Shown here piece after piece: positions 54,893-61,489 of a stretch of 61,489 nt of DNA (position 1 is the first letter of the stretch; every line of letters starts with the position of its first letter). Origin of the DNA: a virus. Its lineage: Duplodnaviria; Caudoviricetes. The stretch spans positions 1 to 61,489 of the IMG/VR virus record IMGVR_UViG_3300025070_000030. The stretch is one strand, 5' to 3'. The notes beneath the pieces were generated by a model. The model had not been told where the DNA came from. It searched no databases and was given only the letters and a program-made list of their open reading frames with translations. A program made the translations under genes and the position numbers.

Positions 54893-57243
54893 TATTCAGC
54901 TTCTAGCGTGGCTATACGAGCCTTTGCAGCATTTAGTTCTGCTGAGAGTTCTTTCACGGCATTTACAAGAGGCATAATCATCATGTCTCTACTCAACGCC
55001 TGTGTACCATCTGGCTCTGTTGACCATATGCCTTGTATTCCTGCGCTGGAATCATCAAGTGCTTGTTTGACTTCCTGTGCAATAAAGCCATTCATTACAA
55101 CGTCTGTATCCATTTGATTGGTTTCGTTGTATGAGTCTGTCAGTGTTTGTGGCACTTCATTGCTTGGCTTCCACTGGAATGTGCGAGGCTGTAGACGGTT
55201 GATAAAGTCTAGGCCAAGTGTGTCATTCTGAATATTTGTTTTAAGGCGTTCATCAGATGAGTGTGTCCAAGAAGCGTTGGATGTAAACTGGTTGTAAACC
55301 CTGTTTCCATTTCTTCCAAACGTGAAGTAGTTATCTCCAACAGATGCTATGTTATTACCAATAGTAATCCTGTGTGCCGCACTGCTTAGTCCTGTATCAG
55401 CTAAGTAACCGATACAAATATTATCGTTACCAGTGGTGTGTGAGCCACCAGTTTGATGGCCTAACATAGTATTTCTTGCGCCAGTGGTAATTAGATAACC
55501 AGCCGACCTACCTACCCCTGTATTTTGTGAGCCAGTGGTGTTTGCATTAAGTGCGTTAGTGCCTACTGCCGTGTTGTCGGCAGAGGTAGTATTTGCATCA
55601 AGGGCTAGTGTACCAACAGCCGTATTGTTTGACCCTGTTGTATTGTTATCAAGGGCTTGTCCACCAACAGCGACATTATTGATTCCTGTGGTGTTCAAAC
55701 TCAAAGCAAACACGCCCACGCCAGTGTTGTAAGCCGCTGTTGTATTAGCATCTAAAACATTAGTACCAACGGCTACGTTTCCAGAACCCGTGGTGTTTGC
55801 AAGAAGTGCCGCTAGACCGACAGCCGTATTGTTACTTGCCGTGGTGTTTGAGTATAACGCTTGATATCCAACAGCAACATTGCTCCCGCCAGTAGTGTTT
55901 GTCTCCATTGCAAGACCACCCACCGCTGTGTTTATTTCGCCAGTGGTGGTTGAGTTCAAAGCAGAGTATCCAATAGCCGTGTTGTAATCCACACCGCTAT
56001 CAGTGACGTTGTATGCCGCAAGCGCGGAATGACCAACAGCGGTATTGCGCCCACCCGTGGTGTTTGAAGTCATAGCGTTGTAGCCAATCGCCACGTTTCT
56101 AACACCTGTGGTGTTTGCGTCTAGTGATGATGTTCCTACGGCTACGTTTCTGTCGCCCGTGGTGTTTGCAGCTAATGCAGCACTACCAACGGCTGTGTTG
56201 TTGCTTGCGGTTGTACATGCTTCAAGCGCACTTTTTCCAACGGCTACATTAGATGAACCTGTAGTATGTGCGCTAAGAGAACTTGTGCCTACAGAGGTAT
56301 TGTTTGCGCCAGTTGTGTTTGCGGTTAGTGCGCCATAACCAACGGCAGTGTTGCTAGAAGCTGTGGTATTCGCCTCTAAGGCTTCTCGCCCGATGCCAGT
56401 GTTAAAGTCGCCAGTGGTGTTTGCAGACAGTGCAAGAATACCAAACGCACTGTTATATATTGCTGTTGTGTTTGCATCCAGTGCTTGATAGCCGACAGCA
56501 GTAACTAGACCCGTTGTATTTGCTGCACCAGCCTGATATCCCACCGCCGTGCTGCCAGCGCCAGTGGTGTTTGCGTTGAGTGCGTTATAGCCAACGCCAG
56601 TGTTGTTAGATGCAGTGGTGTTTGCTCCTAGTGACCCTGCACCCACCGCAGTGTTTGTGCCACCAGTTGTGTTTGCATCTAAAGCAATATAACCCACACC
56701 AGTGTTTAAAGTTCCTGACGTAAGAGCAGTAACAGCCGCATGACCTACCGCAACATTTCCTGACCCATCTGTAATGCTATCAAGAGCAGTATCACCTAAT
56801 GCTGTATTGAAGTTACCTGTCGGGTAGTTACCGTCCAGCTTGATGGTGCCGCCGTCTGTAGAAAAGTTACCAGCATTGGTGATGCCATCTGTCGTGGCTG
56901 CACCATCAATGTCTACAGTGCCAGTGACAGTCAGATTGCCACCCACACTGAAGTCGCTGTTTACATTACCGCTGAACACACTAAACACGTCATACACTAC
57001 AATCTCAACTACATCGCTTGCAGTCAATGCCGACAAGCCAGCAATGGTGTTCGCTGTGCTTGTGTTGTAGTCCGTACCAGCTACTAGGGTCACACCATTC
57101 AAGTTCACGTCAACATAGTTGCCGTCAGTGAATGTCAGGGTGCCACCTGTCAGCGCACCGCTGATTGATGTCTCACCGCCTGATGCAGTGAAGTAGTAAC
57201 GATTACGTACACCCTGTGATGGTGATTTGCCTAAGTAAGCCAT
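54892..57243 (-). CDS. Tail fibre variant B with a different S74 chaperone
   Basis: Same N-terminus as 1808..4105; SDERLKTNI...GFIAQEV. Confidence 0.85.
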   Translation of the reverse strand: MAYLGKSPSQGVRNRYYFTASGGETSISGALTGGTLTFTDGNYVDVNLNGVTLVAGTDYNTSTANTIAGLSALTASDVVEIVVYDVFSVFSGNVNSDFSVGGNLTVTGTVDIDGAATTDGITNAGNFSTDGGTIKLDGNYPTGNFNTALGDTALDSITDGSGNVAVGHAAVTALTSGTLNTGVGYIALDANTTGGTNTAVGAGSLGANTTASNNTGVGYNALNANTTGAGSTAVGYQAGAANTTGLVTAVGYQALDANTTAIYNSAFGILALSANTTGDFNTGIGREALEANTTASSNTAVGYGALTANTTGANNTSVGTSSLSAHTTGSSNVAVGKSALEACTTASNNTAVGSAALAANTTGDRNVAVGTSSLDANTTGVRNVAIGYNAMTSNTTGGRNTAVGHSALAAYNVTDSGVDYNTAIGYSALNSTTTGEINTAVGGLAMETNTTGGSNVAVGYQALYSNTTASNNTAVGLAALLANTTGSGNVAVGTNVLDANTTAAYNTGVGVFALSLNTTGINNVAVGGQALDNNTTGSNNTAVGTLALDANTTSADNTAVGTNALNANTTGSQNTGVGRSAGYLITTGARNTMLGHQTGGSHTTGNDNICIGYLADTGLSSAAHRITIGNNIASVGDNYFTFGRNGNRVYNQFTSNASWTHSSDERLKTNIQNDTLGLDFINRLQPRTFQWKPSNEVPQTLTDSYNETNQMDTDVVMNGFIAQEVKQALDDSSAGIQGIWSTEPDGTQALSRDMMIMPLVNAVKELSAELNAAKARIATLEAE

Positions 57244-60200
57244 TAACGGTTCTCCGGTTTATTATTCGGCAGTGTAGTCTTGACCTGCTGTGATTGCAGC
57301 GTTGACTGCTGTCATGTTCTCATCTGTCCAGTAGTCTTTAGCTACCATCAGTTGCAGATGCTCAACATTGCGGTCTACGCAACCCTGACGCTCCTCTGCA
57401 TCATCGTCTGCCATTGCATCACCTGCAATAACGTCTGTGATGAGTTGCACGGAATGACCCATAGCGGTGTAATTCTGTGCGATTTGTTCTGTTGTAAGTT
57501 CGTCCATTTTAATCTCCTAATTTGGATTCTAACTCAGCTACTTTTGCTGAGAGTTCTTTGATTGAATTGAGCATGTGCCAAAACAATTCATCGCTATCCA
57601 CAGTCTTAACGCCTGTGCTTTCTGTCTTTACGCATCTGGGTGCAACTGTTTCTAGTTCTTGTGCGATGACGCCAAGCTGCGTTCCTGAACGCTCTATTGC
57701 GTCAGATGCTTGAAGTTCTGTAATTTCATCTGCTGTGCGGTACTCAAAGTTACGAACCTGCACTTGGTTGATAATCGACAGCCCTTCATTGTTATCGACA
57801 ATGTTTTTCTTTAGTCGCTCATCCGATGTAGTTGACCAAGACGATGAGTTGTTACCTTGATATACGCCGCCGCCACTAGGGCTGATAAAACCTGTGGCGT
57901 TGCCTTTACCTACAATGTTTGCAGTGCCGATAACAATTTGATTTTGACCATCAGCACTACTAGGCTCACAGTCAATCCCCATAATCATGTTGTAATCGCC
58001 TGTCGTAAGAGATTCGCCAGCAAAGTAACCTAACAAAACATTGTGAGAGCCATCTGTAATAGAGTTACCAGCATTTTGTCCTATTACCGTATTTTGACCT
58101 CCAGTCGTACATACTTCTAATGATGCGTGACCAACAGAAACATTATTATTAGCCGTTGATAAAAGAAATGAACTTGCTTTGCCAATTGCTGTATTATTTG
58201 CACCCGTTGTAAGGCTAATCATAGCCGCGTCACCAATCGCCGTATTGTTAGATGGCGTGGTCAGTGAGCCTAGAGCATGTCTACCCACAGCAACATTGTT
58301 GGTTCCAACAGTGCAAGCGTCCAAAGCCGCAAAGCCAACTGCCACATTTTCTGCGCCTGTGGTGTTTTCTGTCAGCGCGGCAACACCTACAGCAGTATTA
58401 CTTGAACCCGTTGTATTTTTCTGTAACGCCCCACCATTTGTTTCATCATTGCCCCCGACAGCTACGTTTGAGTTGCCTGTGGTGTTTTCGCGTAAAGCAT
58501 AAGAGCCAATCGCTGTAACGTGACCCGTTGTATTTGCCGACCCAGCCTGATAGCCAATTGCGGTATTGCGTGAGGCAGTGGTGTTTGCATCTAAGGCAAA
58601 TGCACCAACAGATGTGTTCTGATTGCCAGTGGTGTTTGCAACTAATACTTGATACCCTAAAGCAGTGTTATTGCTTGCGGTAGTATTTGCCGCTAATGCC
58701 CCTTGACCTGCCGCTAAATTATTATTTCCTGTTGTGTTCGCAGTTAGTGCGCTTTCCCCCAATCCTGTGTTTCTGCTGCCCGTTGTATTTGTATCAACTG
58801 CACTTTTTCCTAACGCAACATTGCTTGTGCCAGTGGTGTTTTCGGCTAGAGAGTTATACCCAACAGCCGTATTGTTAGATGCGGTGGTGTTTTGTTTTAG
58901 CGCAAAGGAACCCAATCCCACATTCTGTGCGCCTGTAGTAGTAACGTACAGAGAACGATACCCCATACCTACATTGTTTCCATCACCAGTAGTAGTCGTG
59001 GTGAGTGCGTCTTTACCAACCGCTGTGTTGTTTGACGCTGTTGTATTATTGCCTAAAGCACTATGACCCATTGCAATGTTGTTACTGCCTGTCGTGTTTG
59101 ATTGCAAGGCGTATGGGCCAACAGCAGCGTTGCTTGTGCCAGTGGTGTTTGCGGTCAGTGCATCATAACCAACAGCCGTATTGTTATTTGCTGTTGTATT
59201 GCTATCAAGCGCACCGTATCCACAGGCAGTGTTGTTCGCTCCCGTGGTTGTGGACTCTAAAGTTAAAGAACCAACACCCGTGTTTGAAAAGCCTGTTGTA
59301 AGAGATGTCAGAGAGTTGTAACCAACAGCTACATTAAAATCGTTTCCGCTATCTGTAACATTATAGGTAGTCATAGCGTTTGCACCGATGGCAGTGTTTC
59401 TGCCGCCAGTGGTATTACTGTCTAATGCAGTATCTCCTAGTGCAACATTCTGTGTGCCAACAGGGTGATTGCCGTCCAGCTTAACCGTGCCGCTATCCTG
59501 CGAGATGTTACCGCCAATAGTTATATTGTCTACAGTAACGGTGCCACTGAAGTCCTTATCGGCTGCATCTGCTAAGTCTCTTGCTCTAGTCATTCTCCGG
59601 CCTCCAACGTGGCTATACGAATTTCGAGTTCCTGAATGGTTGCCACAAGCAACGGAACCAGCTTCGATTGGTCGATGCCCTGATAGTCCGGCACAGAGCG
59701 CGTACCCATTTCTGCGGGTGTTACCTCATTGCCATCATCGTCAAGAACCGCTGGTGTGACTTCGTATTGCTCTTCACACATAGCGTCTTTAGTTCCACTG
59801 ACACTCTCCGGCACAACGGCCTGTGCCTCATGCGCTAAAAACCCGTCAACCGTTGTGTCTGCGTCAGAAATGAAGTTGAAGCGCACAGGATTGAGTTGTT
59901 TCAGCCTGTCGGTTGCGTTGGTGAGTGGCGTAACCGCTTCCTTTAGGCGATAGTCTGAGGATGTATTGTAGGCTGTTGAAGCGCCGTTGGTCTGTATTGA
60001 CCCGACATTTGCGCCATTGCGTCTAAAGATGACTTGGGTATGTGTGTTTCCACTCGTGTCTGTGCTGTTCATCATCAGACCCGGACCATTATTTGAATTG
60101 TATTGGTGCGAAATATCCTCGCCTTGAATTGCACTGGTCGTGCCTTTACACATGCGCCCATCACTTTGGATGCGGAGGCGCTCCGTATTGCCAGTGCCGA

Positions 60201-61489
60201 ATATAATTCTACCACTTTCACAATTATTCAGAATTGCATCAGTGCCAATCAGCGCAAACTGTGCGCCACGATTAGAACCACTGGCTGGGTCTGAAAGTTT
60301 TAAATACGCGCCACTATCATCGTGGATATGTAGCACCCGTGAAGCACCAGCTACACTTACCCCAGCCAGTGAAGAGTCAATGGTTGGGTCATTCGTACCC
60401 ATACCAATGCCCTTTGTTGCGCCTTCAACAACAAAAGAGTTGGCATCGCCAAGAGACTCAACACGGAAGTCTAGGTCTAATGAACTTTCGTTAAATACAG
60501 TTTCAGTAGCACCAAACTTAACGCTTTGCTCAACACTACCGCCTTTTATCGTGCTTATATTTAGTGAGGAAGATTCATTGCCGTGAGCATTGTTGGTAAT
60601 TATACTTTGAATATTTGCATATTGCTGGTCGTTGCCAGCGCCATCTTCACCGTGAAACAAAAGTTGACCTATTAGGTCGTTATCAGCAGGAGATGCACTG
60701 TTTCTGTAAAACTTTAATACTGGACCTTGAGTTGCATCCGCATCTGTAGACACAAGTGTGAGTTGCGGGTCGTTGTCGGCAGTGGTGATTGTGCAGCCGT
60801 CAGTTGCGGTGAACCCGCCCGTCACAGAAACACCAGATGAGGTGGTTTCTAACTTTGGCACGTTGTTGAAGTTCAACTCAACTTTACCGTCCGACACACA
60901 CTGTATCATTGTCTCGCCAGTGTACTTTTGAAGCGAAATGTTATTGCCCCTGATTAGAAACGTGCCGTTAGCATATGTCTCATCAATATAGGCGTTTGTA
61001 CCATCGTGGTACATTTCAAGTTTTCCAGAAGAAAAAGAAACCTTGTCACTGTCGCCAAAGTTAGCGTTGCCGTTGAACTCAGCATCACCAGTAACAGTCA
61101 GTTCGTCTGCCGTGTTAAATCTTGATATACCTGCGCCGATATAACCCATGATTATTCCTTACGTAATTTCAAGAATAGACAAAGCAACGTCTGCGCTAGA
61201 TGCGACATTTGACGTAACTTTCAAGACATCACTTGCGTTCATAACTACTTTCTGTTCACCGCCCACAACAACAAGGCTGCTACCCACAGGAATAGGTGCA
61301 TCCTTTACAATGTAGATATTGTCACCGTCATTGTTCTCAAGCTGTACATCTACCTCAATCTGTGAGGTGTGAATGTTTGCAATCGACATGCCAATGATTG
61401 TTGTTTCGGTAGAACCAGCACCAGTATGAACCGTGGCAGCGGAAGTGCCTACTCCAGTGTCTGTCACCAGTTTAAATGAGTTTGCCATT
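56972..61489. repeat. 4.5-kb direct repeat, copy 2 (includes gene copies 57262..57507, 57509..59593, 59590..61149, 61159..61488)
   Basis: Identical translations to 4124..8350 at offset 53138. Confidence 0.95.

Noticed and set aside
56972-61489. Physical direct terminal repeat
   Set aside because: The first copy is internal (3834) and begins mid-gene; this fits assembly wrap-around better. The real ends are more likely near 28.3-28.8 kb.

Overview
Apparently complete genome of a marine podovirus resembling the HMO-2011 type, probably with an alphaproteobacterial host (inference). The unit circle is 53,138 bp: positions 3834-8351 recur, apparently exactly, at 56972-61489. Positions 1-3833 are a divergent alternative branch carrying a different tail-fibre C-terminus and a second set of lysis-region homologues. 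The early module (minus, 28.8-33.5 kb) has DUF932-like, HTH, glycosylase-like and RHH genes. The replication module (plus, 33.6-44.7 kb) has primase, DnaB helicase, HNH, a split PolA with DnaJ-type zinc motifs, nucleases, MazG, class II RNR and a degenerate tRNA. The long late module (minus, 28.2 kb leftward and continuing at 57-44.7 kb) has terminase, portal, scaffold, capsid, lysis, tail, fibre and ejection-type genes. No RNA polymerase was recognised; many sigma70-type promoters are visible. Most notable: a tyrosine-recombinase-fold protein between terminase and portal (candidate virion-delivered recombinase), twin covarying RNA hairpins before the scaffold gene, a switch-like late leader, a tRNA-like insertion flanked by a recoded duplicate of the RNR 3' end, and block shuffling among fibre genes. 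All calls come from reading the sequence by eye; no searches or folding programs were run.
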